Shown here piece after piece: positions 46,538-55,844 of a DNA stretch of 55,922 nucleotides. Under the pieces are notes generated by a model that was not told the origin of the DNA, did no database searches, and saw nothing but the letters and a program-made list of their open reading frames with translations. Made by a program: the position numbers and the translations under genes. Within the stretch, counting starts at the first letter, position 1, and every line of letters starts with the position of its first letter. The DNA lies in the IMG/VR virus record IMGVR_UViG_3300025154_002045, positions 1 to 55,922 of that record. One strand, written 5' to 3'. Origin of the DNA: a virus (taxonomy: Duplodnaviria; Caudoviricetes).

Positions 46538-48979
46538 TTACACCAACTTTGACAGCAACGAATCCCTAGACTGTTTCAGGAGATTGTTTTCTTCTTCACA
46601 AACGACCATCTTTTCAATTAACGGTCGCATATTGATCGTAAATATCTCGGCTAGCGAGGTTGGGGGAATCACAAAGTCTTGTTGCTCAAAGTCCGGCCAA
46701 TGCCCTTTGTATTCCTGCATCTTAATTTTTTCTTTTGTAAGGAAATATACGAATAGCGTAGAGTAACCATTTTTCCCTTTGTATGGAAGAACGTTTTGAA
46801 TGCAAGAAAACGGTTCGGTCAGCAGCCGGTAATAACAAGTATGATTCGTGAATACAACGACTGGATTTTCTATGCTGGCTATTACTCCTGGTTGATCATT
46901 GTGATAGCCAATATTGCCAGATCTACCTTGGTCAAGGATCGGTACCTTCCCCACTGGAAGAGCGGACTTGTTATCATACTTTTTTCCGACATTAATCCGC
47001 TCGACAACATCGAGCACGTTTTGAACTTTCCAACCCATTGGAATTTCTCCCATCTCACTTTCAACCAACCCAACCTTCTCGCGCCCAGGAAAGTTGAACT
47101 TAATGAACCATTCATTAAAAATTTTGGATGCGATGGTTTCTAGGATTTTTATTGATGAAAAGCTGATTTCTCCCCAGTCATATTTAGGGTAAAGACTCGT
47201 TAACGCAGAGGTAATTTTAGCGTCTAGCTCTACATTCTTTTCCGTCTGTTTTTTTAGGAATTCGACAGTGTGCTTCATGTCTTGCTCAAACGAGATGCCA
47301 TCATCCTCAACCTCAGAAAGACCGACGTAACGTCCGGGAGTAAGGACATAGCCATTTTTCTTTATCTCTTCGAGAGTCACGGACTTACAGTACCCGGCGA
47401 TATCTTCGTATGTTGCGGCTCCCGATTCTCCACGCCAGGCACGGACGGTGCCTGCAATTTTTTGGATATGCTCCGTGTTGAACACGACCTGCTTGCGAGA
47501 GATCTGCTCAAACAATTCCCGCGCATCGATGAAGAGTGTCTCGCCCTTGCGGCTTCGGAATCGGTCACCACCCTTATTCTTTGAGAGGAACCAGAGCGAT
47601 ACTGGGAGTCCGACGTTGTAGAAGAGCTTGGACGGGCAGGAAATGATCACGTCGACTAGATCGGTTTCGATCAGCTTCTGTCGAAGTTCGCCTTCCTTAC
47701 CTGATACGGCCAACGCACCGTTTGGCATGACGAAGCCAGCATTGCCGTTTGGGGCAAGGTGATGTGCGAAGTGTTGTACCCACATGAAGTTGGCGTTCCC
47801 GGACGGTGGGAGGCCGAGAGTGATGCGGGGGTCATTATCCGATATCTTGGACGGTTCCCATTCCGCATTGAACGGCGGATTGGCGATCACGAAATCCGCC
47901 TGGAGGTGCGGGAACATGTCATTGTAGTAGGAGTTGCCGAGCTCGATCTTTCCCGAAAGGCCGCGAATTGCCAGATTCATTTTTGCGAGGCGGAGCGTCG
48001 TCTGATTGCTCTCCTGGCAGCTAATGGAAAGCTTCGACGGATCCTGACCGTGTTCACGGAGAAACTTTCCCATCGACACGAACATGCCACCGCTTCCGCA
48101 GGCCGGGTCAAAGACACGTGCATTTTCGTATGGTTCGAGAATCTCAACGAGGAGAGAGACGATAGAACGAGGCGAAAAAAACTCCCCACCGCGTTTGCCT
48201 TCGGCAGATGCAAACTGTCCCAGAAAGTATTCGTAAATGCGACCAAGAATATCCTTCTCGCGATCAAAGTCGTGGTCGAACGAGATGCGCGAAAAAATGT
48301 TGACCAACTCGCCGAGTACCGAGTGATCGAGGTTTGTCTTGGTATAGACGCGTGGCAGGACATTTTCGAGCTGAGCCGGATTATCCTTCTCGATGAGCGT
48401 CATTGCGTCATCCAGAACCTTTCCCAAGTCCGCACTCATGGTCTTCGTCTGAAGGTATTCCCAACGCGAATGTTCCGGAACGTAGAACACGCCTTCGGCG
48501 GTGTAGAAATCCTTGGTCTCGAGGATGTGCTTCCGAGCTTCTTCGTTCGAAACATAGAAGTCCTCGTTCTTTGGGTCGCGGGTCATTTCCGCAAGCACTT
48601 CGCGACGCTTGTAGAAGGAGTCGGAGATGTATTTCAAAAAGAGGAGGCCGAGGACGATATTCTTGTACTCGGACACGTCTATGTTCCCCCGAAGCTTGTC
48701 GGCGGCCGCCCAAAGCTCTTTTTCAAAGCCTAAATCATGGTGTTGGCCTTTCTTGCCAACTACGCTTTCTGTCGCCTTCTTTTGCTCCTTTACGATCCGC
48801 GCTTGCAGTTCTTCCGAAAGAGATATCTTCGGAATGAGCCAGGTTGGCTTGGAAGGATCCCCAACGTTCTCTGCCTTGATATCGCCCTTCTTAATCTTTT
48901 GGTGGACGGCAACACGCGAAATCCCTAACATTTTAGCGAGCTGGGTTGGAGTAATGAATTCAGACTTGTTGATGGCCAT
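46538..48979 (-). CDS. hsdM: HTH-HsdM fused to a single-TRD HsdS-like domain
   Basis: N-terminal HTH; LWAAADKLRG, GEFFSP, DPACGSGG, ANPPFN; C-terminal LETIA..IF.EWF..F.FP...SEMGEIP.GW...RDSLLSKL. Confidence 0.9.
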   Translation of the reverse strand: MAINKSEFITPTQLAKMLGISRVAVHQKIKKGDIKAENVGDPSKPTWLIPKISLSEELQARIVKEQKKATESVVGKKGQHHDLGFEKELWAAADKLRGNIDVSEYKNIVLGLLFLKYISDSFYKRREVLAEMTRDPKNEDFYVSNEEARKHILETKDFYTAEGVFYVPEHSRWEYLQTKTMSADLGKVLDDAMTLIEKDNPAQLENVLPRVYTKTNLDHSVLGELVNIFSRISFDHDFDREKDILGRIYEYFLGQFASAEGKRGGEFFSPRSIVSLLVEILEPYENARVFDPACGSGGMFVSMGKFLREHGQDPSKLSISCQESNQTTLRLAKMNLAIRGLSGKIELGNSYYNDMFPHLQADFVIANPPFNAEWEPSKISDNDPRITLGLPPSGNANFMWVQHFAHHLAPNGNAGFVMPNGALAVSGKEGELRQKLIETDLVDVIISCPSKLFYNVGLPVSLWFLSKNKGGDRFRSRKGETLFIDARELFEQISRKQVVFNTEHIQKIAGTVRAWRGESGAATYEDIAGYCKSVTLEEIKKNGYVLTPGRYVGLSEVEDDGISFEQDMKHTVEFLKKQTEKNVELDAKITSALTSLYPKYDWGEISFSSIKILETIASKIFNEWFIKFNFPGREKVGLVESEMGEIPMGWKVQNVLDVVERINVGKKYDNKSALPVGKVPILDQGRSGNIGYHNDQPGVIASIENPVVVFTNHTCYYRLLTEPFSCIQNVLPYKGKNGYSTLFVYFLTKEKIKMQEYKGHWPDFEQQDFVIPPTSLAEIFTINMRPLIEKMVVCEEENNLLKQSRDSLLSKLV

Positions 48980-48995
48980 AGGTAATAAAATAGCA

Positions 48996-49050
48996 TTAAC
49001 ATGTGTAAAGTATATGACGTTTATTCTCTTGTCAAGTTTACATGTGTTAA
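48996..49050 (-). promoter_or_regulatory. hsdM promoter bracketed by inverted operator arms
   Basis: TTAACATGTGTAAA 48996-49009 and TTTACATGTGTTAA 49037-49050 flank minus-strand TTGACA (49035-49030) and a TA-rich -10. Confidence 0.6.
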
Positions 49051-49153
49051 GTTCGTACGCAATGATCCATCAAAAATGCCTTGAAAGTATCAATAAATAC
49101 TCTGGGGCGGCAGAATTGCTTTACTTACGGGGTAGTTATGCTATCCTAGCAAC

Positions 49154-49266
49154 GTCTAGATCCAAGCCTTAGCAAGGCTTTTATTGCCTATTTCCGGATT
49201 GCGCGCATTGAGCGGCATCCGGTTAAAACAAACCTCGCACAATCCGTGCTTGGCTTGGGTCTAGAC
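49154..49266 (+). ncRNA. Structured leader/small RNA, c4-antisense-like layout
   Basis: 15-bp stem GTCTAGATCCAAGCC/GGCTTGGGTCTAGAC, inner CCGGAT..ATCCGG hairpin, extended -10 TG-C-TATCCT just upstream. Confidence 0.45.
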
Positions 49267-49326
49267 ACCACCGGGTGTCGCTTTTGTTTTATGCGAACAC
49301 CCCACCTAATTCCTTTATCAGCAACT

Positions 49327-49992
49327 ATGTCCACACTCTTTGGGCTCATCGCGTTCGCTGCGTTTGTCTGTACGTTTCTCGGACTCATCAAGCCGAGCTT
49401 ACTCTCCCGTTTTTCAAAGAAACCCATGACTCGGCTGCGTTCATTCGCCACTTTTGGAGGTATTTTTTTCTTATTTTTGATCCTTGCCGCAGCATCGTCC
49501 CCTTCACAACCTGTGTCAGAGAACCAATCGGAAAGCCAAAACGACGCATCGGTTATGCAGGAAGACGCTGCTAGTTATGTGACTGAGGAGAACACCCAAG
49601 AACGCACAATCGAACAAGCTATCATCGAACTCCTAGGCGAAGCATCGAATGAAGACTTACCGCGTGTTCGTAATATCGACGCGTATGATGGGGTGATCCT
49701 CGTTGAGTACAGCGCTGATGAGAATCTCACGAGCAATCTCACGAGATTTGGAATCTGGATGGACACCATTGAAATCGTGCAAAAGCTCTCTGACAACGAG
49801 GACATTAACAGTGTTACTGTTAATGCTTATCTCAACCTTGTCGACGCATACGGCAACACAGCGCCCGGCAAGGTAATGACCGTAAACATCACCAAGGAGA
49901 CGTGGTCGAAGATCAACTGGGATAATTTCCTCACCGATAATCTCCCTGTCGTTGCGGACATCTATTGGGTTCACCCAGCAATTAACGACTAG
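49327..49992 (+). CDS. Membrane-anchored acidic extracytoplasmic protein
   Basis: Two N-terminal TM segments, S/E linker, D.YGN motif; start moved to ATG 49327. Confidence 0.7.
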   Translation: MSTLFGLIAFAAFVCTFLGLIKPSLLSRFSKKPMTRLRSFATFGGIFFLFLILAAASSPSQPVSENQSESQNDASVMQEDAASYVTEENTQERTIEQAIIELLGEASNEDLPRVRNIDAYDGVILVEYSADENLTSNLTRFGIWMDTIEIVQKLSDNEDINSVTVNAYLNLVDAYGNTAPGKVMTVNITKETWSKINWDNFLTDNLPVVADIYWVHPAIND

Positions 49993-51488
49993 AATTTCAT
50001 ATTCATGACGTCTCCGAAGACTGATTTGCCACCCATAAATGGACGTATCTTTGATCTCGGCGGACGGGTTTCGATGATCTTATTGACCATGGTGGTGAAA
50101 GCGTCAGCGAGATCGTCATGACGTTCAAGACCGAAACCAGCAAGTTGAGCAATGAGCAGCTCGGATCCTTTTCTCGAGAATTTGATGATGCCGGAGCGGA
50201 TCGCTTCGGATGTGAAAGCGATTCTCGTTCGCTTATCGTTCCCACCTGGATTTACCCCCTCAACAGGCAAGCCCTTCTCCTTCAACCTCTGAACGAGATA
50301 GTCTTGTGCCTGCACGTTTTCGATGTACATCACGTGACGATGTGTCATTTTAAATCGTGTATGTAACTGTTCAATAGTCTTGATGATACCAGGAAATGTT
50401 AAGCGCTCGTTTATAGAATTAGGTAGGATGAAAATTCGCAGCTCTTCGCCGTACCCGTGCACCACTGCTGACACCATAGCAGTATAGTCGGCGGTTTGTT
50501 TCTGCGAGATTGCTAAATCAACCCCCGTTGCAATGATAGGGTACGTATATCGATCGACCTTCGGTATCTCGTCGTAATACTGGATCCACTCGGGAAATAC
50601 GACTCGTGTTGCGTCAGAAATAATAGTCAATAAATATTCTTGCTGCCACGCAAGTTCGTTCGCCACACTCTGACGTAATTCCTCGATCTTTTCTTCCGTT
50701 TCAAATTTACCTGGCCATAAACAATGACCATCCTCATCGACCAGGGGATACCATTTATATAATCCACGAAGCTCCTTTGCTTCAATCTTTCCTCGCAGAC
50801 GCATCATAAGCGAATCATCGTGAAGCAAATTCCCTACGATGATTGTGCGCGTACCAATGTCGCCGAGTGGAATAACCTCGCGGGTGAACCAGTCGAACGT
50901 CTTATTTCGTCCCTCCATTGTTTTACAGGAATTCATGTCTTCAACGTCGTCGAGAATAAGTAAATCTGGACGATGCTCGAAATGACGAGTGCCACGGATG
51001 CTCTGTTCAACGGAGACAACCATGATGCGGGCGTTGGTGTTCGTAAAAACAAGCGATGACATTGCCCATTCACCTCCTGTTTCTTCTTGGAATGGTCCCA
51101 TATCGCTTTTGAGCAACTTGTTGTTTTCGAGCTCGCGTCGAATATTCATCATATGTTGTCGCGCTTGCGCCTGCGTTTGACAAATAATGACCACAAATTT
51201 TTTTTGCTGGATTCCAAGAATTGCCCAAAGCGAGTACGACAACGTCACGATCGTCGACTTGGCTGAACCGCGAAACGCGACAATACACGCAAGTTTGTTC
51301 GATGTATCTTCGGTGATGCGGAAGATGTCCTTTTGAAATTCTGCAATCGGATATTTCACATAGTGCGAAAAATACAGATGAAAAAACATCAGGTGACTTT
51401 CGCGAGCAACCGTTTGCCGAACGACACGATCCTTAGCAATGGCATCAATAGGATTATTGGTTTGTATTTTCGTTGTTGTCCTCTTCAT
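49989..51488 (-). CDS. terL: Terminase large subunit
   Basis: AFRGSAKST, LLILDDVE, WQQEY, GVDLA...AD.TA, HDDLADAF; start moved to ATG 51488. Confidence 0.92.
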   Translation of the reverse strand: MKRTTTKIQTNNPIDAIAKDRVVRQTVARESHLMFFHLYFSHYVKYPIAEFQKDIFRITEDTSNKLACIVAFRGSAKSTIVTLSYSLWAILGIQQKKFVVIICQTQAQARQHMMNIRRELENNKLLKSDMGPFQEETGGEWAMSSLVFTNTNARIMVVSVEQSIRGTRHFEHRPDLLILDDVEDMNSCKTMEGRNKTFDWFTREVIPLGDIGTRTIIVGNLLHDDSLMMRLRGKIEAKELRGLYKWYPLVDEDGHCLWPGKFETEEKIEELRQSVANELAWQQEYLLTIISDATRVVFPEWIQYYDEIPKVDRYTYPIIATGVDLAISQKQTADYTAMVSAVVHGYGEELRIFILPNSINERLTFPGIIKTIEQLHTRFKMTHRHVMYIENVQAQDYLVQRLKEKGLPVEGVNPGGNDKRTRIAFTSEAIRSGIIKFSRKGSELLIAQLAGFGLERHDDLADAFTTMVNKIIETRPPRSKIRPFMGGKSVFGDVMNMKF

Positions 51489-51870
51489 ATTCGTTTGTGA
51501 TTCCTGCGAGCACGAATGCTTGGCGAACAAGCTCTTTTTGCTCATCCGATAATTCATGCACTGTGTTCAGGGTTCCTTCTAGCTCGATGCGTGTTTTGTA
51601 GTCCGTGTGATGATGCTTGAGCCAATACATGATCGCCCGCATATCCCGATCCCTCACCGCGCCGATGAGCTGACTTTCAGCAAGGTCGTTGACCATGAGA
51701 CGACCGTCAAAAATTGCGATATCGACTTTTCGTGAAAATTCCGCATCCTCTTCTTTCCAGCGATAAAATGTCGCCCGTCCGATGCAGAGTTTCTCACAGG
51801 CTATCTGTACGATTGGTGTTTTCTTAAGCTGTTCCAGAAACAGCATTTTTGTTTCGTTGTTTTTCTTCAT
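51454..51870 (-). CDS. Terminase small subunit (HTH)
   Basis: FLEQL...ACEK..IGRATFYRWK.ED.EF, AES.L, AI.YWLK; overlaps terL start. Confidence 0.8.
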   Translation of the reverse strand: MKKNNETKMLFLEQLKKTPIVQIACEKLCIGRATFYRWKEEDAEFSRKVDIAIFDGRLMVNDLAESQLIGAVRDRDMRAIMYWLKHHHTDYKTRIELEGTLNTVHELSDEQKELVRQAFVLAGITNEYEEDNNENTNQ

Positions 51871-52640
51871 AGCAATTTAGCCTTTTGGCCAGACATCTTC
51901 TCCCAATAGGAAATAATCCCGGCGCAATATTCAAGATCAACTTCGCCAGCAAAACAGCGCCGTTTTGTTTGCTCACAGCAAATGAGTGTCGTGCCCGATC
52001 CCGCGAATGGCTCATACACAACATCACCGACATTAGTGGCGTTGAGTACCAAGTGGCGAACGAGTGGAATCGGCTTCTGTGTTGGATGCCGACTACTTTT
52101 GTTCGGCTTTGGGTAGAAGAGGACGGACTTGTCCTTGCTTCGACGGAAGGCGTGCCTGCCGAACCAGCCAAAGACAATAAGTTCATGCTGCGGAAGATAA
52201 TCCTTCCGCCCTATGACCGCGTGATTTTTTACCCAGATAATGAGCTGGGAAAAATACACGTGCAGTTGATCAAGCGCATCCTTGAGTGCGAACAGCATCT
52301 TGTCGCAGTTGAAAATGTAGATGCTGTTTTTCTTTATAAGATGCGGAAGCACTGGAACGAGCCACGCCTTGGTGAACGTTACATATTCGCCCTCGGTAGA
52401 AATATCATCGTTCACAATACGCTTGTTCACCTTCACTGCGGAGAATCCCTCCTTACTTTGCGTATAGGACACGCCATATGGAGGATCAGTTATCACGGCA
52501 TTGATGCGTGTATTTCCTATGAGTTTTTTCACGAGCGTCGCATCTAACGAACTTCCGCAGAGCAGGCGATGGTCGCCAAGCTGCCAGATTTGGCCGGTCT
52601 TAATTGAGCTTTTTCGCTTTTTGTCCTGTGAGTTTTTCAT
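51867..52640 (-). CDS. DNA methyltransferase (N4/N6 beta class)
   Basis: LG.HRLLCG.S, TDPPYG, HPTQKP, EPFAGSGTT; start moved to ATG 52640. Confidence 0.92.
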   Translation of the reverse strand: MKNSQDKKRKSSIKTGQIWQLGDHRLLCGSSLDATLVKKLIGNTRINAVITDPPYGVSYTQSKEGFSAVKVNKRIVNDDISTEGEYVTFTKAWLVPVLPHLIKKNSIYIFNCDKMLFALKDALDQLHVYFSQLIIWVKNHAVIGRKDYLPQHELIVFGWFGRHAFRRSKDKSVLFYPKPNKSSRHPTQKPIPLVRHLVLNATNVGDVVYEPFAGSGTTLICCEQTKRRCFAGEVDLEYCAGIISYWEKMSGQKAKLL

Positions 52641-53871
52641 AACGGTTAAGAATGACCTCCGCAAATACGGGGCTTTGTTCAATAAGATAGGTTGAGCGCT
52701 GTAATTGTTCTGCGGCGACCATTAAGCTTCCGGATCCTGCAAAACAGTCCAAGATGATGTCGCCAGATTTGGTGCATCGGCGAAGTGCTCGCTCATGCAG
52801 CTTCGGTGGCTTTGCGGTCGGGTGCGTCATGTCAGTGCCGTTAAGACGCTTCACGAGCCAGATGTCGATCATATCAAGCACGTCCTCGAGTGTGCGGTTT
52901 CCAGTGCCGACTTCTGCGTTCATGATTTCGGAGAGATTAAGTACCTTGTCAGATAAATACGGTTTACCAATCGTGCCGTAAACACATGGTTCGAACTGAC
53001 GGTTAAACGCAACCTGCGGAGTCGGAGTCGAGTTGTTCTTGATCCATAAGCACACACGCTTATTTTGCACCTGTAAGTCCTGATAAAGGGTTTGCAAAAG
53101 CCAGATATATTTCTGGTCGCAGTACGTGAAGATGTGCACATCCTTCTCGCATACTGACAATCCATTGGTCAGTGCCTTACACAGAAACTCGCGATATTCT
53201 GCGTCAGATTTATTGTCATCGACCTGCCCGCCGAAGTGACGCTTGCCGCCAATACCCTTATCGTATGACAGACCAATGTTATAAGGCGGATCTTGGAGAA
53301 TGATGTTGGCTTTCTTGTCACCCATGAGTGTCTGCACGGACTTTGGATCGGTGCTGTCACCGCACAGCAGACGATGCCGCCCTAGTTGATAAAGATCGCC
53401 CGTCTTAACCTTCGGCTTCTTGATGCGTCCAACTTCCTTGTCCACATCAAACTCATCATCCTCGACATCAAGGTCATCAAAGAGATGCGATAGATCGGTG
53501 TTATCAAAACCGCTGACGAGTAGCATATCGATGTCAAAGTTCTCGGCAAGCTTGTCCCAATCCCAATCGCCGTGTACGCGATTTGAAGACAATAGATACT
53601 GGTTGTATTCCTGCTTCGTAAGTTTGCGATTCGGAACACGTACTTCGATTTTCTCGTTGCCGCGTTCGAGGAGTTTCAGCACCATGAGCCGCTGGTGGCC
53701 GGCGATGACTTTGTTGTCCATGTCGACAACGGGAATCTCGACGAGGTTAAATTTCTTGAGGCTCTTCTTGAGATCCTCGATCTGTTTCGGACTCATTGTG
53801 CGTGGGTTCTTCTCGTTGGGAACGAGGTCGGAAACCCGACGCCGTTCCGTCTTCCATGAAAGTTTTTGCAT
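52600..53871 (-). CDS. ParB-N-fused DNA methyltransferase
   Basis: NPR...IAGHQR ParB part; HRLLCGDS, DPPYN, HPT.KP, D.FAGSGS. Confidence 0.92.
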   Translation of the reverse strand: MQKLSWKTERRRVSDLVPNEKNPRTMSPKQIEDLKKSLKKFNLVEIPVVDMDNKVIAGHQRLMVLKLLERGNEKIEVRVPNRKLTKQEYNQYLLSSNRVHGDWDWDKLAENFDIDMLLVSGFDNTDLSHLFDDLDVEDDEFDVDKEVGRIKKPKVKTGDLYQLGRHRLLCGDSTDPKSVQTLMGDKKANIILQDPPYNIGLSYDKGIGGKRHFGGQVDDNKSDAEYREFLCKALTNGLSVCEKDVHIFTYCDQKYIWLLQTLYQDLQVQNKRVCLWIKNNSTPTPQVAFNRQFEPCVYGTIGKPYLSDKVLNLSEIMNAEVGTGNRTLEDVLDMIDIWLVKRLNGTDMTHPTAKPPKLHERALRRCTKSGDIILDCFAGSGSLMVAAEQLQRSTYLIEQSPVFAEVILNRYEKLTGQKAKKLN

Positions 53872-54010
53872 ACACTTTTCGTAAAGATTTATACAAGAAG
53901 CATACAGATAAGCGAGTTTTTATATCATCCGCCATGACTCCAGATTTCAAACTAAAAATAGCCCTTTGTCTGGGCTAATTCTGCATACGTCGAGCTGGAT
54001 ACACGGCGGA

Positions 54011-54643
54011 CTAAAAAATAGCGATGTGGTAGAGGGGATGAATACGATAACCCGAGCCAGACTTTGAGTCGATCACTTCATATTCTTGCGACGTACCAAG
54101 GTCACGGCGCAATGCTAAATTGATTGTTCTTTTTTGTTCGCTCAGGGCCTTTAGATCCTTACATCCAATTTTCTCTATTAATTCTTGCGTTGATGCATAA
54201 CCACCTTGTTTTTCTACAAGTATTCGAAGTAGGGCTAGATTCATTCCATCATTTGCAAAATCGCAACGGGAATTGTCTTTACTATCACGATAGGTCATGC
54301 GTCCTTCCGGCGAAAGCGCTAATCGGATAAGGGTCACGTCGTAAGCGTATTCTTTCATTTTACCTCGCAGGATATCCATGAGCTCATCCCATTTCGCTGC
54401 GGGATCTACTTTCCAGATACGAGCAAAATCTGAATCAAATTTCGATCCTCTCAGCCATACTGCAATTATGTCCATCGCACGGTTATAAGCTCCTCCCAAT
54501 TCCTTTTCAAGAAACATGAGATGTAGATCCCTTAATTCTTCTGGTTCCCTTACGGTCGTAAATCCAATTTCAATTTCAGAAAAAATCCGCTGTAATGCAG
54601 GTAGGTATTCGTGAACAGATATTCGAGAGAATTCATCGACCAT
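54011..54643 (-). CDS. Protein with C-terminal OmpR-like winged helix
   Basis: LLRILV...G...S..EL...I...IN..LR..L.....I....G.GYRI; upstream of the packaging operon. Confidence 0.65.
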   Translation of the reverse strand: MVDEFSRISVHEYLPALQRIFSEIEIGFTTVREPEELRDLHLMFLEKELGGAYNRAMDIIAVWLRGSKFDSDFARIWKVDPAAKWDELMDILRGKMKEYAYDVTLIRLALSPEGRMTYRDSKDNSRCDFANDGMNLALLRILVEKQGGYASTQELIEKIGCKDLKALSEQKRTINLALRRDLGTSQEYEVIDSKSGSGYRIHPLYHIAIF

Positions 54644-54725
54644 ACAGGGGCATATTATCAGACCTATCCATAAATATCTCTTCTTGGGTTCAATTGCAAT
54701 GTATCTAAATCTTCATTCATTTTCT

Positions 54726-55643
54726 ATGACGATCCGCACCCTCATCGTCGGCTATGAGCCGCCCTCAGACCTAGCCGCCCTTAACCCACGAGACCGAAGG
54801 AACGCTGAGTATTTTTCCAAGCTCCTTGGAGAGCATAACCTTGGCGAACTCCATTACTCCTCTCAAGAAAACTTTTGTGAAAAGCTCGACGCACTCGATC
54901 CAATCATCGTCATTGTTTTCGATTCTTCCACGGCGCGTGAGGTGAGCGAGTACAAAAGGGACACGTTCGTGTACGTCGCGGAATCGCCGAGTTCCGTTTT
55001 CCACCGCAAGACGGAGGTTGAATCCCGTCAGCTGAAAAACGAAAAGATTTTCAGAGAAGCCGCAGGACTCTTGCGTCAGATCATTGAAGAAGGTGAGGAG
55101 AAGTTGGTCGCCGCGCGGAGGTACGCGGCAATGTCCTTTCAGGACAAGTACGACATGGTCGTACAGATGCTTATCAGCGACGACGAAAAAATCCATAAGA
55201 TGGGACGTGAACTCATCAATCGAAACGATATCGATCCTGACTTCATTTGGATTCGTGTGAAGCTGATTGCTGACCTGTGGCAAAACGCTGACGCGAAGGG
55301 TCGTCAAGAATTTACGGAAGCCGCTATACAAGGACATGTCAGTAACGGTATCGCGCATCAGATGAAGGATTTCACCGACGCGGACGGACAGATTTACAAG
55401 CAATTCATGTTTCACGACGTGCATGGCAAGGATGTAAACGAAATCCGCCTGGTTCCTGTGGCAACACCAGATATGGGAAAGTATGATTACGAAGCTCTCT
55501 TTAGTAAGCACGAAACTCCAATTGGTTCACGCACGGATCTTGAGGCGGGAATCTGGAAAACGGAGCGAGATATTCAGATGTCTAATTCCAACGATGAGCC
55601 CACCGATTCTCCACTAAATCCAGCGGAAAAACTACATAAATGA
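54726..55643 (+). CDS. Hypothetical protein
   Basis: Long ORF with normal composition; start uncertain (54684/54699/54726). Confidence 0.65.
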   Translation: MTIRTLIVGYEPPSDLAALNPRDRRNAEYFSKLLGEHNLGELHYSSQENFCEKLDALDPIIVIVFDSSTAREVSEYKRDTFVYVAESPSSVFHRKTEVESRQLKNEKIFREAAGLLRQIIEEGEEKLVAARRYAAMSFQDKYDMVVQMLISDDEKIHKMGRELINRNDIDPDFIWIRVKLIADLWQNADAKGRQEFTEAAIQGHVSNGIAHQMKDFTDADGQIYKQFMFHDVHGKDVNEIRLVPVATPDMGKYDYEALFSKHETPIGSRTDLEAGIWKTERDIQMSNSNDEPTDSPLNPAEKLHK

Positions 55644-55692
55644 GACAGTGCCGAAACCCAAAAAAGTGTCTCATTTGTCTCGTTTGTGTTCC
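55638..55692. repeat. Inverted plus 9-nt tandem repeats
   Basis: AAATGAGACA 55638-55647 / TGTCTCATTT 55667-55676, then TGTCTCGTT and TGTGTTCC in register. Confidence 0.5.
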
Positions 55693-55821
55693 GTCGACCC
55701 CGACCCACTGTCCTTAAAAGCGCCTATGGACGAATGATCGAAAACCCCTTAGAATACCCCGCAGATGGTGGTACTTAACCCGTGTACACCGCCAATTTAC
55801 AATTTTTGTGAAAATTGATAT

Positions 55822-55844
55822 GAGGGAGGGTGAGAACCCTCGAT
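55822..55844 (-). repeat. Inverted copy of the tRNA-Ser T-arm/acceptor region
   Basis: Reverse complement ATCGAGGGTTC-TCA-CCCTCCCTC versus tRNA 97-120 ATCGAGGGTTC-GAAT-CCCTCCCTC. Confidence 0.85.

Larger units (their letters stand above)
37978..55794. mobile_element. Second integrative element (terminase-encoding, capsid-less; defence cargo)
   Basis: Own serine recombinase, TerS/TerL, MTases; different oligomer composition; candidate right core CCGCCA 55789-55794 (boundary inferred). Confidence 0.65.
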
